A stretch of DNA of 57,075 bases from the NCBI GenBank assembly GCA_000165425.1, contig CT868680.1, positions 262,108-319,182 of the forward strand. Reading direction: 5' to 3'. The notes below the pieces were generated by a model. That model ran no database searches and was not told the DNA's origin. It saw only the letters and a list, made by a program, of their open reading frames with translations. The position numbers and the translations under genes are program-made. Each line of letters begins with the position of its first letter. Position 1 is the first letter of the stretch. Source of the DNA: Paramecium tetraurelia (taxonomy: Eukaryota). This document shows positions 1-13,001 of this stretch, piece by piece.

Positions 1-1310
1 TTACTTCAATGGGATGTAACATAATAAATTGCATAAACAGTTTTGTATAATAATAAATAGTTGTAAAAGTATTTAATTATTAATGAAGAACTCAAAATAG
101 AATTAAACCAAAGAAAAACTAATGAAAAATCAGCTTAAAATGATTTGGAGAAGGAGATAGAAAATAAAAATTAATTATTAGAATCCTTAAACTAATTAAC
201 AGCTTAAATTCAAGAATTAGAAAAATCATAAAACCTTTTAGAGAATGAAATATAGAAGAAATAGCAATAAATTGAAGATTAAAAATCTTAAAATGAAGAA
301 GAGACTGAGAAGTTTTCTGATTTAGTGAATTCATTACAAAAATAAGTTGAGGAAGTCTTAGAAGAAAAATCAAATTTAGAAAACTAATTAACCTAACTTG
401 AAAATGAAAAATAAATGAAAATCCATTAACTAGAGGAGAGTTTATTAGAGTTCAAGTAGAATGAAGATAAGATTGTATAGGAAAAGTAATAATCATAGGA
501 ATAATTATTACTCTAATGTTTAGAAGTGCAGAGACTTTAAAATGAAAACAAATTATTAAAGGAGAAATTCTAATAATAAGATGAGGAAATTGAAAAATTA
601 AATCAAAAATCAACTTTGGAAAATGAAAATAAATTATTACTAACTAAGGAACAAGATTAATAAATTTGTGAATTTTAGGTCTAAATTAAAGATTTAAGCA
701 ATTAATGTGGAACACTTAAATCAGAATTAAAATAATAAGTAGAGCTAAGTGGAGAATTACAAAAGAAAATATCATTTTACTAGGCCTAGATATCACATTT
801 ACAAGAAGTCGAATCATAATTGAGATACTTAAATGAATAAAATACTTAGCAATAGAAAAATCTATAAAAGGAATTAGATGTAAAGAATGAAACAGAAAAT
901 ACACTGAAATATAAACTAGATACTTTGTTAGAGGATATTAAGGTTAAACAAATGCAATTAATAGAATTAGACAGGCAATTATAACTGGTAGAATAAACTA
1001 ATTAGAAGTAATAAGTAAATCTTGAAGACAAAATTAACTATCTCCAAAATGAAGTAGAAATGTGGAAAGAAAAGTTCGTTATTTTGAATAGAGATTATCA
1101 CAGAGTGTAAGAGGACTTGATGATGGTTTAAGCTGAATTTGATGCATTCAAAAGGCGAGGATTAGAGTTAAAGAATATTAAGGTAGTTCATAAAATATAT
1201 TATAGGAATCAACTTGTTTTGAAGTAAGAAAGTCCTCTTTATATAAAGAGAATATTGACATCAAAGGCAGTTAGACATCAATAGGCAGACTGTTTAAAGA
1301 AAATATTTGA
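1..1310 (+). CDS. Coiled-coil protein, 5'-truncated by the window edge
   Basis: Frame 1 reads as E/K/Q/L-rich heptad sequence with TAA/TAG=Gln. One 23-nt intron at 1183-1205 (GTAG..ATAG); ends ...GRLFKENI-TGA at 1308-1310. Confidence 0.8.
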
Positions 1311-1399
1311 GTTGCAAAGATATATACTATATAACAATTTCTATAACTAAACTTATTCTAATTAACAATATATTTTGTAATAAAAACATACAACTTTTT

Positions 1400-2525
1400 T
1401 CAACCTTGAGCTAAAAATTGATCCATTTTTTATGCATTGGTAAACATTTAATTACTGGCATTCTTCGAGAATACACTTTTTTGTTAGGTGGAGCTTAAAT
1501 TATCTTATGATAGTACTATAATTCAGCATTCCCTGGCATTTAATAGGCTGGCATCAAGGGATTTGTATATCTTTTGCTTACAATTCCCTTTTTGAGTGAT
1601 CCTGCTTGTACTCCTTCAATGTCTTAGACATTATTAGTCTGTCTGTAATCTTTTCTATCATTGGTTCTCAAGAAATGTTAAGAATGAGAACCTGCTTGTG
1701 CACCAACAATGTCTTAGGTAGTTAATATGGAAGATGCAAATTTATTGATGGTTATAGGATGTAGTTATTTACTTTTACTGCCTTCAACAAAACCGATTTC
1801 AATTTTCTTGCTAAATTAAGAATTCTTAAATACCCATCTTCATCCCTGTGAGAATAGACTGGTTCAATCGGGTTTGTATTTCTTATGTATTTATGGAGCA
1901 TATCATTATTGATATCTTTGACCTGGAAATTATTAATTCCATCTACTGATATGGTTTAGGATAGACTTATTACCTTTTTAAACATGTAATTATTTTGAAT
2001 GTGAGCCTTCGATCTCAGGCAAAGGGATTGGTTATTTTTTCAATCTTGGATTATTCATTGATGGCTAAGCTCCTTCGATGTCATTGACATTATAGCTGTC
2101 TCTAATAAATTTGGTTTGATAAGGTTCTGCTTATTCAAAGGAAGGAATTTTGTAAGTTGGTTCGAGTGGATTAATTGGTTATCGATTAGTCTAAAATTTA
2201 CAGATTTATGGTCGAGTCCCTTTAATATCATCAATCATCAATTGATTATCTGACCTATTGGTATATCTTATTTAGGGTCTAGATTTGGTTCCAGGGATAT
2301 CATCGTCTCTATTACAAAATTACTCTTTATTGATATATTGATAAGGCTTCAATTTGGGAGCAGCGCCATCAATACCTTCAATAGACATGGTGGATTGTGC
2401 TCGATTATCATAAACAAAGTCTCTTTTTTAATTTTCTCACTTATTGATTGATTTATACTTATAGTGGATAAATTCATTAGATCATTTCGATTTGGAAAAG
2501 GCCAATTGTAAGGATCTGATTGCAT
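1400..2525 (-). CDS. Hypothetical protein with repeated DI-x-G-[AT] and NP-x-x-P-x-Y motifs
   Basis: Starts MQSDPYNWPFP. Repeats include GIDGAAP, DDIPGTKS, DDIKGTRP, NDIEGAQP, QDIVGAQAG and QDIEGVQAG; ends MDQFLAQG-TGA. Intron positions not fully resolved. Confidence 0.75.
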
Positions 2526-2736
2526 TAAGTTACAAGTCCAATATAAAAATTATTATATATAAGTGTTAGAATCAATTATTCTTATTTTAATAAATGAACT
2601 TCAGATTAAGCACTCTTCTTAAAGAAGAAAGCAAATTTACATATAAATTCCAATGTAGGTGAATTGAATACATTGGACAAATATAAAAAGAAACTTAGAT
2701 AAAGAAATGGATTTGTGGATATAATGTAATTATTAA

Positions 2737-3910
2737 TCAAATTCCTACTTTTGATTTAACATATGATTCGAAACTGGGTTAAGTGAGTAAACCTAAAGCC
2801 TACTTACTTATTTCAATTTCTTTGTTGTATTCAGACACAGTTCTATTGTACAAATCAGTTTCAGCAGCATAGTTATCGTTTTCTGCTTGTAATTAGGCTT
2901 ACATAGTGGCTCTATCATCCTTTCTTTATCCTACATAGACGATGGTTTCTCCTAATTTTTCTATTTATTATGTTTATTTAGATACATTCATTAGCAGCTA
3001 ATTCAGAGTTCTTGATCAAAACTGCTCTTTAGAATTCAGCAAATTCCTTTTCTAATTAGGCAACTCTCTCAGCAAATTTAGTTTCAGCTGCGTTTTCATC
3101 AGCTGTCTCTTGATTAAGAGAATCAACAAATTAGACTCTCAATTCGTTGAAGATTTTAACAAGCTATAATCAAAAGAATATTATTACTTATTGAAGGGAT
3201 CCTTAATCAGCGAAGTTTTATTCTGTTGCCAATTCAAGAAGTGCTCTAATGATTGGTGCAAATGAGGAATGGTTTTAGAATGATGATTAGATTCTATTCA
3301 GATTTGTTTACACTCTCTTGAATTAAACAAGGGATGGATTTGTAATTTATGACAATAATCCAAGGGATTCATCGGACAGCACCAATAGCCTCGTTGATTT
3401 CAGCAATGTTGGATAAAAATTGCTCATGCTATTTCTTTCTGTTGACAGTTTCGCCATCAAGAACTCTTCTGTTTTCTTCAATATTGTTCTTCAATTATGC
3501 TAAGGCAGATTAAAATCTCTCTTTTTATGGGATAAGAACGTTGTCAATGAAATCTTCTCCGTTAAAGATGTCTAATAAATGTTAGATACTATTCGAATAC
3601 CTCTATCAGCATCTTAGATCTCTTATTCTAATCTAGTCACATCACGATTGTGCTCGTCTGTTCTTTTAGAATAGGCATGATGAATATCATCCAACTCTTC
3701 TTCTAATTAATCAATCAATTGACTAATAGCCTCTACCAATTCTGTCAGAGCTCCTCCACTGGACAATTCAACTTCAGCAAAGTCAACGATGAATGATGCC
3801 CATTAGGACTCCTTTAATTTCTCAAGTGCTTATGTCGTGGCAACATTATTGAGAGAAATCTCAACACTAAATACGCTCAAGATGAGACAAGCAATTAATG
3901 CACTTTTCAT
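2737..3910 (-). CDS. Trichocyst matrix protein precursor, T1-like family
   Basis: Signal peptide MKSALIACLILSVFS, then WASFIVDFAEVELSSGGALTEL...HHAYSKRTDEHNRDV and C-terminal LLTQPSFESYVKSKVGI, resembling Paramecium T1 TMPs as I recall them. Introns 3164-3187 and 2961-2985 give 375 codons including the stop. Confidence 0.9.
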
Positions 3911-3984
3911 TATTTTATTTAATCAAAATTAAAAACGACTATCATTTGCTAAATTAAATTGTGTAAATTTTATAAATTCTCTCT

Positions 3985-4509
3985 AACTTTATGATTATAT
4001 TGAATATTTTCCTTAATCATTATTTTCAATTCCTCAACAATTTATGGCAATTCATATCTAATATGAACTCTACGTATATTTTTCTATTTTTATTGTAATT
4101 TCCTTCTATTAAACTAAGAGTTCTCTGAACTTTTTGATTAATCCTTTCTTTTTTAATATCAACAATCTATCTAGTTATTAAATTTACACTTCTTTCCTTC
4201 TATTTCTAACTTTTCAACAAATAACTCGATCTACTCTTTTCAAATAAGGCAATCACTTTTTCTATCTTTTATTACTTATACTTAATAAGCATTCTCTTCT
4301 TGTATTTGCTGTAATTACATACCGTAGCTTTAATTTAATACCATCTCTTTAAGTATTTCTCTCTTAAGTTTTTCAATTAATTTAATTATTATATTCATTC
4401 TTTAAACTATTTTTTATTATCAACTTTCAATCAAAATGTTATTTGGGAGTAATTGCATTTAAAGAACATTGAAATCCTGATTGTATTTAAAAATATCGCT
4501 TAAAGTCAT
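3985..4509 (-). pseudogene. Possible coiled-coil gene remnant (boundaries approximate)
   Basis: Minus strand is purine-rich and E/K/Q-coding-like, but I could not build a clean ATG-to-TGA model. Confidence 0.3.
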
Positions 4510-5055
4510 TTTATTTGGTAATTATATAATTAATTTATCTTATTATGTAATTCATCCTTCTAAAATTCAATTATTCTTTATTGGAAACATTAATTATTAA
4601 GGTGCAGCGCTACATTCATATCTTTACTTAACTAAATTAGATATTCTATTCATTTAACCTTTGGATTAAATAATTCTTCAGTTAATAAAAGAATCAAAAA
4701 AATAAAATAGCGTTAATTATAAAATATCAAAAAATAATAATAAAAGTTTCTTGGCCAATTATTCGCTATTTAACTATTTTAGTTTTGTTCCTTAGCCTAA
4801 TAAAGCCTAATTAAATCGGCTATACTATAGATCTAAAAAAATATTAATAGTTTTCATAAAGTAAAGAATATTGAAATTGTAAGATAAATTAAGATCAATC
4901 AATTATTTTAATTCTACTAACTACAGATATAAATTTTCAATCCAACTTTATCTTTAGAGATTCATTATTAGCCTTAGTTTCAGTATAGATTCAATGATTT
5001 TAATCATCCAAATTATTCACTCGCCCTTATTATAAGAATTAAAATACTTAGATAA

Positions 5056-5751
5056 ATGAGACTATGCAAGTAGTCTTAAACTCAACTTTAAGACAGAGTT
5101 GAGTTCCTTGATAGTTGTATATTTAATATTCAACCTAATTTTTCATTATTTGAATCAAATCATCCTCTTCTACCTTTTTTACAAAATTTTAATTTAATGT
5201 ACTTAGAAAATAATAGAATAGGGTCAATCGAAGAAATAGAATACTTGTAAAACGACATATTTCCCACTCTTCATACTGCATTGGCTAAATTAGTAGAATA
5301 TGTAGAAAAGACTGAGGAAGTAAATAAACACAAAGAGAGATTGGAATAAATAAAGATTTGTGATAAAATAGAAAAAAGACGAGTAGAGAGAAATCGATTA
5401 AAAAGAGAGTTGGGATCAGATTTTGGAAGTGATTCTGAAGGGCAAGCTGAGAATCTAGAAAACAAATCAATCAATAATGACTAGTATGGAAAGAAAATAG
5501 AATAACTGATTCCTATCGAAAATGAATTTTAATAGCAATCATAACACCTAATAGACGAAATAGCAATGTAGGAGATGAAATAAGAAATTAATCATTTGCT
5601 TGGATAAATTTAAGAAGATTAGGGAGAAGAAGAAGCTCCTCAAAAACATGAATTAGAGAAATTAAAACTATAATTAAGATTATAGAGAGAAGCAATGGAT
5701 TTCAATCCCTTAATATATTTGGCCTCTTTATTAAGGTAGTTGGCAAAATGA
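5056..5751 (+). CDS. Hypothetical protein (start uncertain)
   Basis: Open frame containing YLQNDIFPTLHTALAKLVEYVEK and an acidic coiled segment; ends FNPLIYLASLLRQLAK-TGA. Confidence 0.7.
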
Positions 5752-5839
5752 ATATAATTGGTAGCTAATCTTTTGTTATAAATAAATTATATATTATGGA
5801 TTTCCAAAGTTAATAATATTTGGTTACTATGTATTAATA

Positions 5840-6760
5840 TCAAATCTTAAAATTAGGAATCTCTTAAATTTCAGAATCACTATCAGATCCATTTATTTAC
5901 TTCTGCGCTTTGGCATTTACGATATATTTATTCCCCAAATCCACAGAAGAATCTCCTGAATCCTCACTAAAGTCTTCTACTTGCACTAAGGGTTTAGTTT
6001 ATTTAATTATCTGTTAATGTTGTAGAATAGTTTACTGATTCATCTATTGCTAATGATGTTTTTATTCCGAAGTTGGTGTTAGTGCTTATTTCATAGGGGA
6101 CACTTGCGCTGTCTATTTTTCTTGGTGGTTTAATTAATTTGCTTAATGATTCTAAGGAGCCTATTAGCCTGTAGTGATTGTTTGGTGATTTGCTGTAAAT
6201 GGATCATAAAAGTTGCCTTTTCCAAATAACAACTTATATAATTGAGTATCTTTAATTGGGTCGTGCTTATTAGAGTTCATGGCATTCTTCATTTATTCTA
6301 TTTTTGCAAGTGTTGATAACAAATTGTCAAGGTATTAGTGACTCTCACTTTATTAGTTGCTCAAGAACTTCATTACAGCATCACTCATCACTGATCTTGT
6401 TAAACTTAGATAAGTTATTATGGTTATCAATTTTTAAAAGTCATTTCTAATTTGTTCGAATTCTTTAATTCCTTCCTCTCTTATCACTCTTACTATAGCT
6501 ATAACAGTAATATCAGAAATTCCTTTGATCAATTATGAATTCTTATTTCGATCTCCAGTTATAATACTATTAAGATGAAGGAACCCTGATTAGAATTGTT
6601 TCATAAACTCATTTTTCAATAGTGATGGATCAACTTTTCTTTACTCACTTTTCATCCACATGGTGATCATGGGTTACTTAGTACTGATTGCTTTTAAACC
6701 CGCCAACCAACAAAATTCAGATTCCTTCTAAGTAAATTACATGATAGATGGATTGTTCAT
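5840..6760 (-). CDS. Hypothetical protein
   Basis: Starts MNNPSIMQFTQKESEFCWLAGLK; ends SDSDSEIQEIPNFKI-TGA. Span is 921 nt = 307 codons. Confidence 0.75.
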
Positions 6761-6834
6761 TTTAATATTTTGTAAGCATACAATTAATAATTTTAATTAT
6801 TTTATATAGTCACATAAGTCATATAATATTTATC

Positions 6835-8865
6835 TCATTATTCTACTTGTCTTAGTAAATCTTATCTTTATTTCTTCAATAGTTCATCGTACTTTTCACA
6901 TGCCAACTACTTCATTCTCAATTCTTCTTTTAACTACTTGATCTCATGATCCTTCTTCAAAATGATCCTCTTTACGTTTTCTTCTATTTCTTCTAAATTT
7001 TATGAATGTTTGATATCCAATTCTCTCACTACATGAATTCACATACAATTACATGTCTCTTCCAATAATTGTTTTTAATTAGCCAACTCAAACTATAACT
7101 TATTGTTCTACTCTGTAATCCTACTCTTTTCTCTTTCATGGGATTCCTTTATTCCCTTGATCTCCAACGATTATTCCTCCTTAAATTAAGTTAATTTCTC
7201 TTTGTATCTAAATTTATTAATAATTTATTACATAAGCATTTCCTCCTTCAATTTTTTTTACTCTTTAAAATGTTTCTGATTCTCTTGTTCTTATTTCTCA
7301 ATTAACCTTTACAAATCCTAATTCGACTTTTAAACTGCCTAATATTCACTACCATCTTTATTTTCTCTATCTTCCAAAGCCTTAATTTACTTCTTCAATT
7401 ACTTAATCTCCTCGTCCTTCCCTGCCTATTAGTCCCTTAACTTTTTATCATATTTCATTTGAATATTCTACTCATACTGCTATTTCTCCTCCGCCAATTT
7501 TTACACTATTTTTTCAATTTTATCATTTCTATCCTACTCCAACTTCTTTTGAATCTTCTCAATCTGTCTATTCATATCAGCTTCTGCTCTTATTGTAAAT
7601 TGCTATTTCCAAGCTTCTTAATCTCCTCGTAATGCTTCCTTCACTTCACTTTCCATATTAAAGTACTTTTCTTTGTATTCATCTATTTCTCTTTAGCAAT
7701 CACTCTTTATGCGTCTGATCTCTTCAGCCTAAGAATCTGATAACTATTTCATCCTTTTAACATAGGTATCTGCTTCTTCCTTCCTTCTTCTTTCGCAATC
7801 CTCAATATCCTATTACATTCTTTACTTATATGCATCCCTCTCCTTAGCAAACTAGTCTTCATATGTCCTATACAATTCCTTTTACTTAATTAATTAAGCC
7901 TCTCTCTCTTTTTATTGCAATAATTCATATTCAGCAGCCCACTTCTCTTTGAATATCTACATTTTCATTTCAGACTCTTCGATCACTTATATTTTTTATA
8001 GTTCCTTTTCTTTCTGACATTTTTCTTCTATTCTTTTAATTTCTAATTTATTCTTTTCTATCATTCTGTTCAATTCAGGTTCCAATCCTTTAATAGTTTA
8101 TTCTTTCAATTCAGCCAACTTCTCCTTCTCCCATTTCTCTCTCTTCTATTTTTCCTGTATTTACCATTACTCAGATTTTTGTTTAATTTCTCTTGCAAAA
8201 TTATTCTTCAATTCCTCCAATTATCTCTTCTATTATTTATCAATTCCCTTTAACTCACTCGTCAACTATTCCACCTGATTATTAAGTTCTTTTTTGTCAT
8301 TTATTAATTGATCTATGAATCCAAGATGTCTATTGATGACCACTTCTAATTCAGCCTTCTGCTCATTCAATCTGCGATTTATAGTTTCTTTAAAATTAGA
8401 CTCAGACTCCTTCAATTTGACTTGCGATTTTTCTAGCAACTATTTTAAATTATCAATAGTTTTCTGTTATTCATCCAATTCAATTTTTTATGTTTAGACA
8501 ATCCCTTGCAACTACTAAATCTTTGATTGGTATTCATGCTCCTTCTCAATAGCCTCTATGCTTCTCACTGGTTGTTATTGAATTTATTAACTTACTTGGG
8601 AAGAGTCAGATTCAACATTTTCCAAAAATTAGTAAATGTTTTTGATTTTTGTATTGGTGTATTGCTGAAGAGAATCTTTGGGTTTTGCTGAGCCAATCCT
8701 CTTTTCGATTTTCATCTAAACATTAGCAGATTCATCTTTGTTCGTAGATCCTAATCTTCTTTCAATTTTCCTTTCGACTTTCACCTTTGTCTGTTAATCC
8801 TTCTAAGTCTCATCCTTAGTGAGCTCCTCTATTTGACTTAATGACAAATTGATATTATTGAGCAT
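6835..8865 (-). CDS. CEP131: CEP131/AZI1-like centrosomal/basal-body coiled-coil protein
   Basis: Long coiled coil containing REKWEKEKLAELKEQTIKGLEPELNRMI, the motif I recognise from the CEP131 family. Probable 24-nt intron at 7208-7231. Confidence 0.75.
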
Positions 8866-9183
8866 GAATTATTAAAAAAATAATTTGTATATTAATTCTC
8901 ATTTCAAAGAAGCATCAATTCTATCTATGGGTGAATTATAATTGTTAAAGTCACTTTGTTGTGGGAATCTATCTAATTTCCAATTTCTTTAAAGCATCCA
9001 AATACTCCTCAGCTATATTGAATCCTAGCCAAATCACTTGTCATGTCCCTTTTCCTAAATTAGTTTAATTGAATTATGCTAAAGATAAATTGTTTGATGG
9101 AGCACTATAACTAAAGTGGCTTGAAATGCTGTTCCATTTTATGTTAATAATTATAATTATCCTCAAATATTATATTTAAATTT

Positions 9184-12100
9184 TCATTTATATTTAAGTC
9201 CAGGTGCTTTGCCCACTTTACACAATCCACAAATTAAACAAGTCTATTAGTAATCTGTTTCATAGACACTACCATCATATGGACAAGATTTATAAGTTGA
9301 AATATTTTTAAGTGTGTTTGCTGAGTAGATTGGCTTTTCATTCAGCCATTATTCCTAGAATTCTATTTAAATGGCATTTGTATTCTGTTATTAAGAGGCT
9401 TTTTCATACTATATATTGTATTTCTATTATCATACTTTCTATGCATTTTGTAACACTTCAGGCTTTTGATTAACATCATTTTTAAGTAACTCAATCAATT
9501 TCTTGGCAATCATCTGGCAAGTGATAAAGTTCTTCTGTTTATAACTTATGCTAAGTGCCTGTCTCAAAGTTAATATTCTATGACCAGGCTATAAGTCGAT
9601 GGTGGCCATTTTGCAAGCCATTTCTAAAGCATTACTGTCCTTTTTGAGTGAATCGCAACGCATAGCAATCATATAATTTCTACTTAAATTAATATATCGC
9701 TTGATTTCATCAACTTAATTCTCTTCAAAGTCTGTTAATAGCAATTTCTGTAAGACTTATTAAAAGCAATTGCTGACTTCACTAAATTTGGCATCTGTTG
9801 TATATTTGTAACCTATGATTAGAAAATACAGTTACCTAATTTAATCAAATTCTTGATCTCATTCAATCTGTTGATTTTAACTGGCAATATAGCATTACTC
9901 AGATATGGAGACATAGTTAAAACTTAAAAATTGGGTAAATCAGCAAGTAATTTGAATAGTGGTTGACAATTATTGAGGTTAATTTGTTGTTTTAGTAACT
10001 TGATACCAGTTTCAAAGTCCCCAGCAGCAAAATATTTAATGGCTACTTCTCCATTCTGATAGGTAAAGTTTCCTCTTAAGGCCTATTCATCAATGCTCTT
10101 ATTTATTGGATCACCAACTTTAGCATCAACAAACTCTTCTATTGGTTCTTCTTCATCTAAACGCCATTATGTATCATTTTCTTACTCATCAAGAGTTGGT
10201 TCTTCTATCACTTACTTTTAGAATGCAAAGATGTCTTATGGTACAACAGCTTCATCAGTCACTTCAAGATTGATGATGTCTTATTCATTCATTTATAAAA
10301 GTGGCCATGGATCATTTTTGTATTTCATAATGGGAACTGGAGGAATCAAAGCCTAGCTACCACCTAATGCTTTGATCCATTCTATTGATTCCTTTTAATT
10401 TTCATCCAGTTTCTAAGGTGTTCCATTCAGATGCTCCATTATTTGAGCTACTTTGGGTATTGAGTTCTTAATGGCAATTTTCCTTTGGTTTTATGATTGA
10501 TATATGAAATTAGGATTAATATTCTGTAATTTCTCTTACTTATCCGTATTGCCAGTGCATAGATATAAAAATGACAACCTATCAAATTAACTAAGTTGTT
10601 GATCGCAAATATCCACCAGTAAATGATTACCCTGTCTTAAGGCTTCAGTTCTTAGTTGTTCAAACAATTGTGGTTCTCTGATTTCCACTGCAGCTTTATA
10701 TGCAAACTCCAAATTGCCGCTATCCAGAGAAAGTGAAAATTTAGCTTAAAATAACAACAATCAATTACCTTGTTTATCTTTAACTAATTTTAATGCTACA
10801 GATGCGAGTCTTTTTTAATACAGATAGGACAGGATGGCTTCATTTTGATTGTGTTCTACAAATTTATGTATTGAATTCAAGTCCTTGTTCATAATGGCAA
10901 TCTTGAATAGGGGTTCTGAGATGTCTAGGATTTCTTAAAGATATTTGGCTGCATTATCAAGTGCTGTTAATTTAAGTTTACTTTATTATTATTCTTCACC
11001 TTTTACTAAGTATAATATGTTTTCAGTGGACTTTAAAACACCTGTGTCTCCATTCAATAGCAAATATTTAACTTGACTCTTTGTAGAATAAATTATAAAA
11101 TTGTTGATCCAAATGAAAGACTTTATATTATTTTATTCTTGGATTTCGATTAATTTCTATAACTGTTTAGTGAAGATTGTTATTGACAATTTGCTTTGAA
11201 CAATCAAATAGGACTCCACATAATGTATATATTTGGCACCTGAGAACTCAACTGAATGTAAACTTGATTTAGTTAGAGGATCAAATAACTCCAATGTTGT
11301 TGTTTCGTTCCTTTGAATTAATATTTTACCTCCTGGAGCAGGAAATATTTTGTTAGATTGTTTTTCATCTATTATTTAAATGGCTTCTGTCTCATAATTG
11401 TATAATTCTATTTATTGATCCTGATTAATTCTCGCAATCTTGCTTTTACCAATAAAACAGGCAGATTTGGCAAAGAATTGTTTGACTCCTGAATCTCCCT
11501 TTTATGGTTGGAATACCAATAGCAAGTGTCTCTTTGGTTTAGTTGGTTCAGCGAATGCTCTAATGCATCTAATCATCAATTGTGTTTTCTGTGTGTCATA
11601 CGCATTGTACTCAATAAATTCAATGTTGTCCTCTAAGAGAGTAGGAGTAGGAGTAATAACAGTTGCTATATCTCTAATGGTTTATTATTGCCCACTAGTC
11701 AATTCAACAACCTTGAGAGTCTTTTATTCAGCCATACAGAGATATCTCTCATTAACTAAAATGAAAGGCACTCGATCCTTATGGAGAGTGAACACTTATA
11801 GCATAGTGTCAGAACCACATGCAAAGTAATTGTTGTTTTGATGACATGATACAATCCAATAACGATCAAAGTGTTTGTTCTCATAAACCCCAATTTGTTT
11901 ACGAGTAGCATAATCCCAAATTCTTACAGTGTGATCCTCAGAATCTGAAATAATCACTTCTCCTTTTGGGTGAAATTCTGAACAACAAACATTGTTCGTA
12001 TGACCTGATAAGGTGTCGTATTCCCAAGCCTTAGTGTCATTGTACTTCCATAATTTGATGTTCTTGTCATCAGCACTAGTAATGATAAAGGGTTCTGTTT

Positions 12101-12710
12101 TGTGAAAGGCACACCAATTGAGTTGATCTTTATGAGCATCCAAAATTGAAATAACCTGTACTTCTGCTCCTGATAGCACATACTCTTAATTCTTTTTTTA
12201 GGCGTATCGTTATTTGAGCACTCCATAACTCCATAATCTAGCAGTCTAATCTAATGAACAAGTGATTATCAAGTCTTAAGTAGGATGAAAATGACAAGCC
12301 ATGATATAATGGGTGTGTCCTGTCAAAATTGCTATAGTTTGTCTGCTTTGGTAATTCCACACTCTTGCTGTTTGATCATCAGAACCAGACAATACCCATG
12401 GATTGATTGGATGAAATGTCACGCATCTAACATAATCCAAGTGGCCCTATAATATGAATTGGCATTGTTTAAAATTCCAGACCCTTACAGTGAAATCATC
12501 TCCTCCTGAACAAAATAAGTTGAGTTGCGGATGAAACTAAACTGATCGAACAGCACCCTTATGATCCTCGTAGGTTGCAATCCTTTTCTTGATTCTATAA
12601 TCGATCATTTCAATGACTCCTGAATGAAGTGCACTTAATACCCAAGGACGATGAGGATGAAAAGAAACACTCTTGACTCGATCTGAATGTCTCTCAAATT
12701 TTACGAACAT
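9184..12710 (-). CDS. COPA: Coatomer subunit alpha (alpha-COP)
   Basis: Starts [19 protein letters not shown], followed by WD40 repeats ([15 protein letters not shown]) and a C-terminal [18 protein letters not shown]. Introns 10745-10768 and 9813-9835 give 1160 codons. Confidence 0.95.
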
Positions 12711-12739
12711 TTTTAATTATTATACACGTATATCATAAT

Positions 12740-13001
12740 AAGGAATTGTATATCTCAGGACACATCGCATAGCTGAGCACAGGAAATGCAAAAGCACCTA
12801 CACGTAAAGCCCCGACAGGATTTCGTTAAGCTAATTGAGTGAGCATCAACAACCCAATTGAACTGCCTAAAGCTATACGTCTATGCTTCCCCTAAAAGCC
12901 CATAATATAATTGTCTTTCAACACTTATTTTAAGCATTTATTATACATGCTACATCATTAGCCCAGATTGTCGAATGGATTTCAAACCATTCAACTCCCT
13001 C
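12740..13001 (-). ncRNA. Candidate structured RNA of unknown family
   Basis: GC-richer island between two genes with at least six helices. Their imperfect pairs are G-U wobbles only when read on the minus strand, and the 5' and 3' ends can pair. See the corresponding finding. Confidence 0.6.

Noticed and set aside
4129..5055. Long TGA-free plus-strand frame upstream of the 5056 gene
   Set aside because: No ATG in the frame, F/L/I-rich antisense-like composition, and TGA-free runs are common with a single stop codon.
8915..8960. GTGA...AA...TGAT SECIS-like pattern on the minus strand
   Set aside because: Helix II above the putative quartet does not pair convincingly.
12781..12802. CAGG...AGCA as SRP RNA helix 8
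   Set aside because: The intervening AAATGCAAA cannot form the required stem and GNRA loop.
12846..12860. CAACAACCCAA as a telomerase RNA template or telomeric repeat
   Set aside because: Not a C4A2-type template, no upstream UGUCA motif, and the wobble pairs indicate the opposite strand.
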